Shown: positions 27,957 through 41,500 of the stretch, in pieces
Layout of the letters: every line of letters begins with the position of its first letter
How positions within the stretch are numbered: the first letter of the stretch is position 1
Assembly (NCBI GenBank): GCA_964106645.2
Contig: OZ067039.1
DNA: 64,000 bases
Reading direction: 5' to 3' (one strand)
Source of the DNA: Podarcis pityusensis
Taxonomy: Eukaryota
The notes under the pieces: generated by a model
The model's database searches: none
The model's input: the letters and a program-made list of their open reading frames with translations, nothing else
What the model was told of the DNA's origin: nothing
Position numbers and translations under genes: made by a program

Positions 27957-30900
27957 ACCAATCAGATACAGGTGGCCACCATTTTGTGTGTATCTGATTG
28001 ATGCACAACAGCTGACACGTGCGCTGCTTTTGGCCCCAGAAGGGGGCGGAATGAGTTTATGCACAACTGCTGATGCGCACAATGACCTGGAACACAACCC
28101 TCGCACAAATGGGGAGTTCCCTGTATTGTCAAATAATTGTCAAGTGTGTTTTTAAAAGACCTTTAACTTTGAGAATGAAATCCACCAAAGCTTTAAAAAT
28201 AAACAAGTACAACCAGGGAATCTCCAGGTGAGACCTGGAGAGACTCATGTTTGAAACCCTGGAGAAACCCAGTCACTGTAAATACTGTTTTGGGACTACA
28301 ATTCCCATCATCTCTGACCACTGGTCCTGTATGCTAGGGATGATGGGAGTTGTAGTCCCAAAATAGCTGGAGGGCCAAGTTTGGCTATGCCTGCCTTAGA
28401 GTGACCATGAGCCCTGGGAAATAGTTTCCTTCTAGGCTTGGAGCTCAACATAACTCTGAGCCCATGCAAGTCCAAAGAAGAAATCCTTTCCTAGTGTGGG
28501 ACTGAGTTTGCTCACTTGTTTTTATTGCAACACTATCAGTGTTCTTCCAACTTAGTCTTGTGGCTTCTCTCTTATCCCAAACTTTCTCCCTTGCGTAATT
28601 CAGTCTGGATTTTTGACATCATCAGATAAGGGCTCTTCCAGCAGAGCCTGGATTTTTTAAATGAAATAGAGCTTTTTTGGTTTACCAAAGGTGTGGGTGT
28701 GGGGGTCTAGAAGTGCAATTTAGAGCCAAATCAATCAATCTTGGAACAGCAACTTGCATTCCCCCCTTTGCTGGCCAGCTTGCTTATGGCAAGGGGTCTC
28801 TGCCTGTGTTCTGTGCAATGTGGAGCCTCCCTCACTTCTGGCGTAGTCTTTACCTTGACAGCTGCTCTCCATGTAGCATGGGGCTTTAGGACTCCGGTTT
28901 CCTCTTGGGGTGCATTTCCTGGCCATGCACACTCTTCCCACGCTGCCTGAAACTGACGCGACCAAGAGTGTGCACTCAACGATGGGTGAAAGGCAGCGGT
29001 CCCAAACATTGCGGCAGTGTCTCTTGCATTAACATCAGCAGTGCTTTTGTCTTCTCTGCAGTGAAGAGTGAGCATTGAGGATTTGCCCAATAGCCATTGG
29101 GATTTGTGGTTCTACTGAATCAAGGCACTTAGGAATGACTAGTTTTCTACATTTCATTCATCCTTAAAACAACAACCACAATGCAAATTATAGTCCAGTA
29201 AGCAAAGGCCTTTCTTATAATCGGTCTCTTACTGGCCACAGAGTCTGTTTCACAATCTGCAGCAAAGATCCTAACTTGCACTTTCTAAGCCCCTAGCCCT
29301 TATTAAATGCTGACTTTTTGCTTTCAAGACCCATGTGCATTGGTTTCAAGACCCTTGGGCATTGGTTTAAAGAACTCTTTGCATCTGATGGCCTCTATAA
29401 GTACCTTTTTTTGGTGATTATGAATCCCATCAGTTCTCTTTGTTGGAGCTTTTACAGTGATGCCGCCAGCAGTGTTTAGTCCTTGATGTTGCAGAAGTTC
29501 ACCTGAAGCCTACAGATCTGGCACATTTGTTGAGCTGCAAGGTTACTTGTCCATGTGTGATTTGTGGGGATGTTTAGTGCCACCCACAATGTGAAGCATC
29601 TGATAACTTTATATGCTGCCACTGCTTTAGACTTCCCACAGAGGATGTACTCTTCTTACCTGAGAATATGGTGTTACTTGCTTGTGGAGCCTTTGAGTGG
29701 GATTCATTTAATGAGCCCCATCAGCAGAAGCCCTGCACAATAACTTCTGCTTGAGCAATGGGGCTTTGCTTCCTTTCCTCCCCCCCTGCCCCCTCCCCTG
29801 AAATTGGCTCAGGGGAGCAAGAAAACCCCTGGAACAGCACACAGGGGGAGGAGAAGGGGGAATCATTCCACCTGGCAAGCTAAAATGCTTGCCCAGATGT
29901 TGCATGAGTGGTATTCAATGCTAGCCCTACTCAGAGTAGACCCATTACAGTTAATGGGCATGACTAACATAGGTTTGTTAATTTTAAAGGTTTTACTCTG
30001 AGTAGTGGACTTAGTTGAACATAATCCTTTATCTTTGTTAGCAAGGAGCCCAAGTGTAATGTTGGGCAAGTGTGGGCATCATGTCATGAAGCTGGTGCTG
30101 AGTAGCATCTGTGATTACAGGCAGAAGGATATAAATCCCTCTCTGCCATGATAGGATTTCTGTGGGTGGAATCTCACAGTTGCTTACCATGAACCAGTTG
30201 CCAAAACCCTTGAAGCCAGGAGGCAAATGTGGCACATGGATTCCCTGTGGTGCCTACTATGGGGTTTTTTGTGTGCATAAGGGTGTGTGTGCAACACCAT
30301 GTTTCGGTTTTGGAACAAGTTAAGAACATGCTTTGTTGCTTTTTGGTGCCAAGCCCATCATCCGCAAGGAGCCACGCAGGAATTGCTAGTAAAACACCCT
30401 TGCCTTCTGTAGTCAGGGTTGCTGCTTCCTTGCGAGCAAATTTACTGTGCAACTTAAAATGGCAGGCTGCAGAACATCCCACTGCATGGATCTGTTCCCA
30501 CAAGATGTGTGTCATTTGCAGCCTTCATCTTAATGTCTGCTTAAGCCTTGCTAGAAAGTGAACCTCTCTTCAGCTTCCCAGTAACGGTACCCAGAAATGG
30601 AGCTCTCATTGAAGGAATCTGCCTTGAGGAGAACATCTGGAGCAAACATACCTGTTGGGTGGCGCACTATAGAAAGGGCTCGTCTCCATGCCTTGTCAGG
30701 TGCAGTTCTCCCACCCACACAAGCGTTGCTGTTGTAAGGGATAGATACTGAGTTTGGAGGAAATGCCTTAATGGACTGCCTTGCCTTGCTTCTTGTGGTG
30801 AATGCCAGAGGATAACTGGCTCTTGTGGCCTTAAATTAGCTTTCCCAACCTGGTGCCATCCAGATCATTTGGACTAGAACTCCCATCAGCCCCAGCCAAC

Positions 30901-33900
30901 ATCTGAGTGGGGGAAGCTCCTGGAAATTTACAGGATAACTTGTGGGGTGCCATCTTATCCTTGCTCCCAGTCTGTGATATGAGTTTAACTGCCTTGGCTC
31001 CACTGGGTCTTATGGTGTCAAGGCAATAATTTCTTATGAGGGACCAGAGTAAGAGCAGGGAGAGAGACTTAGGGTGTCAAGTCAAGCTTCCATTACCCTG
31101 CAGGCACCTGATGATGTAACAGGGAGAGTAATCCTAAGGGTTAAATTTCTTTCGCACACATGCAGGAAACTGATGGTATCTGGAATTTCTTGTAACCTCA
31201 GCCACTGCCTTTAGTACACACGAGGTCGCCTGGGATTGGACACTTGGCATTCATGAGTCCTGTTCTATAGTTTCACTGCCTTAGGGCAGGAGAGTTCCCT
31301 ACCCTCACTTGACTTTGTGTGGATGAGGGGAGAGCATGGAATTTCTGTTGCATGTTTGTTTGCCTTATAATCCCATCAGTGTGTGTGGTGGTTAACAGAG
31401 TACAAGAAGACAAGTCCTTTGTCTCAAGGATCCTACAAGAAAGAGAGAGAGAGAGCGAGGATACAAGAGAAGGGGAGGCAAGGGGTAAACAGGGGAAATA
31501 ATGTAGAGTTGCACATTTCACTTGCTACAGGTTTAACTGCGGCACGCCCACATTAAATATGTTGATTATGACATTCAAGTTGTGATACAATAAAATGCAA
31601 TATAAGAAATAAAATAAGCAATAGAAACAGAGTTAAAACCATACAGCATCTAGCACAGTGCATCGCAATTGTTACAACAGGCAGAAAAATCATTGTGGTT
31701 CACTGAGACCCATGGCAATTTCCATTTGGTTGTTGAGGGTGGAGAGTAGTGCCAGATTACCAAATAGGCAGAGTAAGCCCCAGCCTATGGGCCCTGCGAC
31801 AACAGATCAAAATAATACTGATTTGATCTTGAAAGATGATTACAAAAACATCTCGGGAGATAATTTGAGAGGGAGCCCCCAATATTTCGACTTCCTAGGG
31901 GCCTCCACAGGGTTTAATCTGGCACTGATAGAGAGAAGTTTGGGAACCACTGGACTGCATCACACTGACTGGTGGTGGCTCTCCAGGATTTCAGATAGGA
32001 GTCTTTTCCCAGCCTGCCAGATGATGCCAAGCTTTGAACCTGGGTCCTTTTATATGCAATGCAGTTGTTCTACCACTGAGCCTTGTCTTTTCCTTTGGTG
32101 TGCTGGTAAAAATACTGTGTTTTCTGTGATGAGCTGCAGGATACAAATGGCTTGCCATGTGCTGAGTTTAAAGAGGCAGCCACAACACTGCTCTGTGGAA
32201 TTGGCCACATGTTCCTCTTGCTTGTTCTCCATTGTTGCCTGCTGTTGTGGGCTGCCTTGTGGATCTTGCCATGCATCAGTGGAATGACAAAGTGTCACTG
32301 ACAAGGACACTGGTTCTTGAAGACGCTGTCATATCTTGTTAGCTAAGTTGTATTTATGTAGCCGTGATTTGGGGAGTGGGATGAATCAAACCTTGTTTTC
32401 AAGGTTTGTGGGGAGGGATGCCCTTGTGTATGCAAGGGGGCAGTGGGGAGAGAAGTGCTTGTTATGAAGATGCGGCACCAGGAGGGTCTGTGGTTTTTAA
32501 ACTTCCCGGATTACGTTGAAGAGATTTCAGATTCCAGTCCAGGGCTTCATGGGAGAAATCAAAGGAACAAAAAAACCCAAAACCTTTTAGGGTTCAGAAC
32601 CTGAATCTGCAACTAGGATTAGGAAAGAGGTTCAAGCAATGCCAGAAGCAGAAGACACAGATACTTGTATGTACCGTAGGTCTGGTGTCACAACAGGGTG
32701 GAACCGATCTTGGGAACATAATCTGAATGCATTGCATCTTGGGACAGTTTGCTCTTAGGGCATTTAGGAGGAGGAGAGGCCTTTTGAGAAATTGCTCCAC
32801 TGAGGTACTCCATACCCATTTGCTGGGGAGTAAGACTTACTGAACTTTGCAGTACTTAACTTCTGAACACACTTGCATAAGTCTGTGCTGTTGCTGTGAG
32901 CTTAGGATAATGGAGATTTCGCATCTGCTAGGGAAGCTTGTGCTGGGAGAGCCTGAAGGAAGTGCTACCTTAGATGCACCAAACCAGGCCTTAGAAGAGG
33001 TGGCATAAAAGTGAGGGATGTGTCAGAAGGACCCCTGAGCTCTCAGACTTTGCTTGAAGAAGCTCCTCTAGAGGAAGGATGGGGAAATGGTGACTCTCCA
33101 GATGTTGCTGGACTGCAACTCCCTTTGGACCCAGCCAGTCACACATCATTGCTTCTCCACTGCTGCTCCAGAGAGTTTGGTCTGAAATGGAGGAGAAAAT
33201 GGAAAAATGGAACAAATCTAACGGGACTGCCAGTGCTGAATTCTAATGGGGCTTTCTCAAAGTGGAACTCTGTAGGGTTGGCTTTCTAGCTCACTAAGCT
33301 GCAGGAAAGTACTGAATTTGAAAACACGTGGGCAAGTATCAAAGTGTATGGAAGTTATTTTCTTGCAATTAGAATCTGAAGAGTTTAGCACAGCATTCTA
33401 AATCTTTTGGGGGCATAAACACCAACCCTGAATGCTCCGCCCCAAAATCAATTTTCCAGATGCAGTGCTGTCGTTCTCTATTTTGAAAAATGTGAGTTTC
33501 AGCCTTACTTTGGTGCTGTGTTTCCTAGAATGAACAGAATAGGAATTAATATTTGGCAACTTTTCAAACACAGCAACTCCAGGTCAACATGTTGTTGTTG
33601 TTTTTCTATCACTAAATATAATGCTATATTCCGCCTGATTTTCTGAATGAATGAGTACATCAGTCAAAGGTATGGAACTACATATCACATTCACAAGAGG
33701 CTTCTGAAAAGATTAGCAGAAGCTATGCAAAATCACAAGAAAATAAGCATGTGACTATAGCTAAATATAATGAAGTGGCCATGAATGTGAAATTAAAAAA
33801 AATAACCACTAAAATGCCACACAGCTGAACCCACATTTAGCTGGGATGAAGGGTCTTTCCCCTTAGTTCTCAACCTCCTCTAAAAAGTCAATGCCCCCTC

Positions 33901-35449
33901 TGAAAATTCACCCCCCATTTCAATCCATATGCTTGTAGACTCTCATAAGCAACATTAGGGTGCGTGATTTTAGGGGGTTAAACTTAATTTCTGCAAATTT
34001 CGGGGGGGGGGTTCCTTAAAAATATGGTTTTGTGTATGAGGAATTCAAATCTACTATTTTTGTGATCGGGCAACATTTAGCTTGTTAAGTCTACATTTGA
34101 TGAAGAAGCACATAAACTGCTTTTGGAAAACCAAATAATTTTAATTTTACCTTATACAAATATTAGGTAATGCTTAATAATAATAAATATTGTATAATAG
34201 TATTGATATTAATATTACTACTTGGCAATCATTTTAATGATTTTTACGCAATTTTACATGCATTTACTTACCAAGCAGAACTAAATTATATTAATTTAAC
34301 CAAAATATGTTTTGAATTCCCAAGTCATGTTACAACTTTTTAGCATCTCTACCTGAAACTTGAAAAATTCAACATGCCCTGCTAAGACATGGGGGATTGT
34401 GAGGATTAAGAAGAAAGGGATGTTGTTGTGGAGGAGCATCTTTTCCTTCAAACAGGCAGTGGATGATGATGGTACACTGGTCCCCTTCTGGCATGGAGAA
34501 GAGCAGTTGTGCTGCTGGGCAGTCAGGGCTTTGAAAGAGAACACCTATAAAGTGTTAATGAATTACAAAGATTTTCACAAGTACTAAGGAAACCACCTGG
34601 TATAATTAAGAATGGGAATGATAAAATGCCTGGCTATGTAGCACATTTAACAAGTCGCTACCACAAAAGCAGATTGGATGTCTGATCAGCAGAAAACTTG
34701 CCCAAAACTTCAGAGAAGGCATCTCTCATTAAGGCAGAATGCAAGGTGAGGAAATAATGTTGTCTTGGTATAAAAACACATACTATGAAGGATGAATCTG
34801 GAACAAGTAATGCAGGGGCATCCTTTAAATAGAATGAAAATTAAAGCAGATGAAGTTGACGCAACCTTAAATTTACAAAACTTAACAAGAAATAAGTTTA
34901 GCTTAAAAAACCTTAATTTATAGGAAATTATAAATTAATTATAAATTATAAATTTCCAGGTCAAAGGCCTTGAAGCGATGCCTTATGAGGAACGGCTAAG
35001 GGAGCTGGGCATGTTTAGCCTGGAGAAGAGGAGGTTAAGGGGTGATAAGATAGCCATGTTCAAATATATAAAAGGATGTCACATAGAGGAGGGAGAAAGG
35101 TTGTTTTCTGCTGCTCCAGAGAAGCTGACACGGAGCAATGGATCCAAACTACAAGAAAGAAGATTCCACCTAAACATTAGGAAGAACTTCTTGACAGTAA
35201 GAGCTGTTCGACAGTGGAATTTGCTGCCAAGGAGTGTGGTGGAGTCTCCTTCTTTGGAGGTCTTTAAGCAGAGGCTTGACAACCATATGTCAGGAGTGCT
35301 CTGATGGTGTTTCCTGCTTGGCAGGGGGTTGGACTCGATGGCCCTTGTGGTCTCTTCCAACTCTATGATTCTATGATTCTAAGATCAAATTTCACCATGC
35401 CATGGGTAAAAGCTGAATTCTCCAATATTTAAGTCTGTGGTATCAGAAG

Positions 35450-35504
<55 letters not shown>

Positions 35505-38500
35505 ATGTGTGTGTACGCCTAAGATTAAACACCTATTCAGCTGCATTAAACTATGAGAGTGTGCATGTTGTGATGCAGGAGTGCTGCCTTTGTTTCTGGC
35601 ATGCTTGACAATGAGAGAAACAATGAATTGCTTCTGAGTGAGGTGCTAAGAATAACACCTGTGTGGCTGCAACTTTAGCATATGTTTTAGGGTCCTGAGA
35701 AGAGGAGAAAGGCAGTAAGGGAAAAAGACGCGTCTTCCTTAGAGGCTGAACAGCATTTCCTCCTTGAGCATGTAATTCAGCTAGAAACTCGTAATATCAC
35801 ACCCAAATATGTGTGTGTAACTGCTTCTGAAAGAACCAGCGTGTCTGATACTCGTATTTCCATGTATTTGCTGCTTCCTCCCACTTCGTGTGCAAATGTC
35901 CTGCACACATGCCCTCCCTGTGCTGCAGCCTGGACAGGCAGGGGTTAATCCCCAGGCCTCGGCAGGTGGGCGGGGTTCCAAAGCTGTCATCCTCCATGGA
36001 AGGCAGCACGAGCAGAGGAGCTCAGCTGAGCAGAATGAGAGGAGGCCGAGACACAGCCCCTTCTCCTTGACAGGGCTGGGCTCCCCAGCACATGGGCTAC
36101 TAGCGCACTGATGGTGTGTCACAGGGCTTACTTTGACAGTGGGCAGAAAGAGCTGGGCGGCAGCCTGGGGTAAGTCTCTCCCCCTCCTCTCCCTCTCTCA
36201 CCCTGTGTATTATGTTTGCAAAGGGGAATTCTCTGCTCCTGTTTGGCCCCCTGTCTTGTGTGCTGCTTGGTCCCTCATGGCTGCATTTGGTGCCATGTGC
36301 CACTGCCTTTCCCATGGTGCGCACCATGTGCCTGGCCTTTCTGTCATAGCCATGCCTGGTGCTGCACTCCTTTCTGCCCCGTCCACCAGCATGCTGTGCT
36401 TCCCCTGCCTGCCCGTTTTCTGGCTCCCCAGCAGATTATTCCAGGCATGGAGGGGAGGGGGAAGGCACTGTGTGTTGTTGCTCCTGCCTTCCTTTGGGCC
36501 CATGTTTATGCACGGACTGGATTTTCCCAAAGTGTCTGCAGGAGAGGAGGGAAGAGAGAGCTTTCACCAGGGTGGGAATGTCATATTTCTGCTCCAGGGC
36601 TGTTTAAGTCAAGGGCCCCTAACTGAAAGGTGTACAGAAGTGGCTGATATTGGGTGGGGGTAGATGCCACCACCATCATCGTCATGGGCTGCCGTTGCCC
36701 TGCGCAGAGAGTAGATAAGCACTAAGAAAGGGGAAAGGCTGCTTAGAGTGGTGGCTGTCAATGTTGGCAGCCAGCCAAATGTGTGAATTGGTGGGTGGGC
36801 ATTAAGAGCCCAAGGGGCAAAGAGAGTCCCTCTTGTGGGTCAAGCAGCTGGTGGGCCCGGAAAAATGAAGAAATTGGAAGCTCAAGCTAGGGTGAGGAGG
36901 GGAGGAAGAGGGGGAGTTGGCCCTGAAAGAGCACACAAATGAGAAGGATAGAAGTAACCCACTAACATCCTTACCTTGGAATAATGTTAGTGTGATTCTC
37001 CTTTCTGTTTCGACACATCCACCTGTATATGCTTTGGTAGGGGGTGTAGAGGACAGCACTGTCTCTGGGAGTTGAGTAGGACTCCCATTGGGGCTGACAT
37101 ATAGGGCAGGGGGTTCCTTCAAGCTAGGGTTTCCCGTTCTTGCAGACCAAAGCTCTCTTCAGACTGAGCTCACATGCATTTGACCCACAGGTGGGGTAGA
37201 ACTGCACTCTTACTTGCAACCCAGACAAGAGCATTGGATGAAAGCAAAGCAGGCCATTTCATAAAATATATAAAATAAACACAGTTCACACTAAAAGCAT
37301 GTTTTGAGAATTTTGCACCAGTCTTTGCTTGTTTTCCTCTTCTCCATCCCGCTCCCCCTTCTCTTCTTTCCTTTTGCACCATGCCTTTTTAGACTGTAAG
37401 CCGGATGGCAGGCAGGGACTGTGTTGCTTTTATTGATTTGTAAGTCACTCTGGGAACATTTCCAGCCGAAGAATGGGTTACAAATGCTTTGAATGAATTG
37501 TTAAAAAATGTTTTTCTTTTTGATAGCTTGAGGTGTTGGAGCCCCTATTGCTTGGTCTTCTGGGAAGAGAGTAAGTGGTAGGGGTTAGAGCAGTCAGGGA
37601 TTGTGCTGATGGGTGATTCTCTGGATAAATCGTTGCTCATTGGGGAGTTCTGCCTTCCTACCTGCAAGACCCATCCAGCTGATTGGAAGTCATTTACTCA
37701 GGTATTTTGCTTGGACTAAGCCCAGAGTGCCTTTGCTTATTAGTGTTTCTCTGTACTTATGGAGGCACATAAATAGACACACACCCCAGCCCCTCCTTCA
37801 GAACATATTCTCCTAATTACCAGCCCCACTGTTTATCTGTAGCACTGACATAGCTGGAGTTGGGACTCGGGTCAATTGACCAGTCAGATACCAGTCAATT
37901 GACTGCCTATTATTTGACTGTGGTCAAATGATCTATGAAATAAAGAAGGCCCATGTGAATGTGGCAGTCAGCTGCTTTATTGCATTTTGATAGCAATAGC
38001 AGGAACAAGGGTCGCTTACACACTTCCCCTTCCCCATTAATCCAAAAGGCTTAGCCTTTTCTATTGACAAAACCAACTGCTGGCATCTTTGAACAGGGAC
38101 ATACAGAGTTCAGGAGGAAACGTGAAGCCAATAATGCAGAAAGGAGGCATGGGCCAGTGGAGGGTGTGTGTGGAGAACACACTGGTATTTGTAGTATATC
38201 ACCTCTGTGAGTTTTTGCCTGTTTACAAGACCACAACGATGGCTCTTCTTGCCATCCATCTTGCTAATGCAACCTTTTATGAGAAACCTGTTTCTGTAAC
38301 CAAAGAGCCAGGGTTTGGATGGCTCCGCTGGAGTCATTGCAGGGGCAGGGGCCTAGAATTGCCAACTCAACAGGATATGACATAGGAGAGCCAGCTGCAC
38401 TTGTGGCAGACTACATGCGCTGTGATTCAGAATGCCTGCGCACCAAAGAGGACCATGGAGATGCTGGATATCGTTCAGCGGGGTGCACTCAGCTTGTTTA

Positions 38501-41500
38501 CTCCTTGGTCTCTTGGATTTCATGCAGACCAGTTGTCCTCCCTAGAATGTCACCTGCACTTCCCCCTTTCATGTAGTTGTTCAACGATCAGCCTTATCAT
38601 CTAGTCTGGTGGGGGAGGAGCAAGGTGAAGCCACTGGTTTCAGTCAGTAAAGCATGAAACTCGTAATCTCAGGGTTGTGGGTTTGAGCCCCATTTTGGGC
38701 AAAAGAGATTCCTTCATTGCAGGGGGTTAGACTAGATAACCCTCATGGTCCTTTCCAACTCCACAATTCTATGAAAACATTGTGTGGGATGCTACATTTC
38801 AGTCTCCAGGCAAAGAGGCATTTCTTCCCCAAAGGATAGGTGCTTGGGGGGGGGGTGCACTTTTCCATTCACAAAATGAAGAGCAGACCTCTGGGAGTGA
38901 ATTCTGCACATATTTAGGGGTTCCCAGCCTTAGGTGCTGGGTTCTTTTGGAAACAAGATTATGACGAGTACCCAGGAGTAAGGTCCACCGGCACACCGAC
39001 TTTACTTGCTATTGGAAAGAGGGGCCCTCTGTGAGATCTTCTGCTTTGTTTTTGTTAAGCTTCTGAGGAGAGCACAGTAGTTTTGGAAATTGGTATATTT
39101 CTTTCCACCCCAGTTAGTGCCATTCTATTAATGCATTACGTAATTACTTAGTTGAATGCTGAATTTCAGCTTTAAGCCTCCCAGAGCTCCTGCTCTGGGC
39201 CCACCTGCCCTGCCTGCTGGAAGGGGGGAGGCACTGCCTCTTTAAGAGCTGCCTCCTTTGTATGCTGCGGCTGGGCTGCAGTATCTTGGCTTTGGGCTCC
39301 TGCCCTCGTGTCCAACTGCAAAGCAATGAAAAGGCACTTCCCTTGTTCTGGCTTCTCTGTTCCAGCAGCCACACAATGGAGCCTTGTTGTGTCAGGAACT
39401 CTGATCTCTTTGAAATAGCCCTCAAAGCTAGAGCCTGGCTCCCCACCCCGGCTACAGGTCTGTGCTCCCTGTTGAGGACAGGGACCCTGCTGCTCTCCAC
39501 ACACCCTCCATAAGGCAAGGGAGCACCACCACGTTCTGCCCCTGACTGTCTGGGTACACGTTCCCCACTGGGCAACTGCAGTGGTATGGCCAGGATGGTA
39601 GAACCTGCCTTCTGTTCCTCTGTTGACCTCTGGGCTTGGTCCTGCCTCTCCCCATCTCAAAGCAGCTGAATCAGCAATGCTTCCAGCAGGGTCAAACCGA
39701 GACACTCCCCCTGCCTGCAGAGACTAGAATGTGATGCCTGGAGCATTGCTTGAATTCCTCCAGCGGTATTTGGGAAATGTCTGTCTCATGCTGCGAGCTG
39801 CAGATGTGAGAATCCACTGTATGTTATACCGCACAGATGCAGGACAGAGTTCTGGGGTGCATCATTACCTTCATGTGCTGTGTCCTGCCTCTCTTTCTGG
39901 GGTTCTCAACAGGAGTCGTGCCTTTTTGCTAGGAAGCCACAGCCAACGTGGCCGCCTTAAGTGCTTCTGTTTTTGTTTGGGCTCACACATGAGAAAGGAG
40001 GAGCTGGCCTGTGGTCTGAGGCCTGCAGCTTCAAGTCACCTTTGTGCAGTGCTCTGCATGTATCCTAGCACTGTTTCGGAGGGGTCGTTTGGACAGTGGC
40101 AAAAACAGATGTAGCCTTGAATGACTGCAGTGGGTTTCTCTTGGAAGTATGACATTGCTGTGTATGTATGACGGCAAATTTCCCCCCTGTTGCCTGATGC
40201 TTGTGGCAGCACACCTGCATCCTTAATTCACTCTGGAGGATCAAGATTGCCTTAGATCCTTCCTTGTGGTGGTGATTGTGGTGCTTAGTAGGAGAATCCT
40301 TGGGAAGAATTCAACATAGCATTCAGTGATGTATGCGTAAGTGGAACAAGGTCCATTGCTGCAATGGGACTTTTCCACCCATTCCTCCCCAAACCTGTTC
40401 ATGTGTTGCAGGCAGAGGAGAGGAGAGGAAGTCCTATAGGAGAAGATCTTGCCTTTCATGTCATTGGCAATAAACAGCCCGGTTTGGGGAGCTTAGCTTT
40501 CCAAAAATGTTTGCTTAAGCATCGATTCCTGAATCTTGAGACTGGGTTGTAGGTTGGCAAAATTCAGTGTGTGAGAGACATCTGTGCCTTTTTTTTAATG
40601 GCTACCTAGAAGGAAGAGTTTCTGGTTTGCACATAATGCTAAGCTATGGTTTGCTTAACAAACCACATGTTAACCAGAGGTTGTCCCACAGAGAATCAAA
40701 CTAACTATGGCTTGTTACTCTATGGTCAGTTTTGTTTTCCAGCTGTTCTTGCCTCCTTTCTTTGTAGCTTCATCACTGTCTAGGGTGGGCTGGCCAAGCA
40801 AACTGCAGTTAAGGAAGGGTGCTGGGTTCACATGTAACACCAAGCCATATTTAAAATAAACCAGACTTCATAAGCCAATGACAAATCATGGCTTTCCATG
40901 TTTCAGAATGTTGCTTCTATCTTGTGAGTCCTGCAGTTGCCTTGACCTTCACGGTGACCTTTATTTTTGTATGTTTCTGTGGCTTTCCCTTCCCAGAAAT
41001 AATGTCTTCCTCTCTGTTGTTCAAAGGAGAATCTAATTGTGTTCAATGGAGCTTTGACAGCTAGTGATCGAACACAGGTCTCTCTAACCTAATATGCAGA
41101 AGTCAGTGCAGCAATTCTGTGCTTGGTGATTTTGGAGTGGAGTGGGAAAGAAATGATTTGTGGGAAGTTGATGCTACTCACTATTGAAGCAAAGTAGTTT
41201 CTGGCTTGTCTGACTGCTATGCCTGTTACCAAAAGGATCCATCTCGATCTAGCATTCTGTGTCTAACACTATCCAGTCAGAAGCTTCTGGGAAATGCACA
41301 AGCAAGGCATCATGTAATACGCATAGCTTGTTTGCTCCCAGAAACCAACAGATACACACTGTATCTAACAATGGTGGCCCCATTAGCTTGTCATAGCAAA
41401 TATTGGTTTGCTGTTCCAGTCTCATATATTGGACTGTTTCTCCCCTCCGAAAAACCAGCACCACCATCAACCCATATTGGCAAGTGGTCATCACACATAA

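Noticed and set aside
31658-32287. Longest ORF in the track (209 aa)
   Set aside because: Starts at GTG and runs across three unrelated transposon fragments; no protein similarity.
38636-38700. tRNA-Lys(CTT)-like sequence
   Set aside because: Multiple stem and anticodon-loop substitutions and a fused CR1 tail show it is a SINE head, not a tRNA gene.
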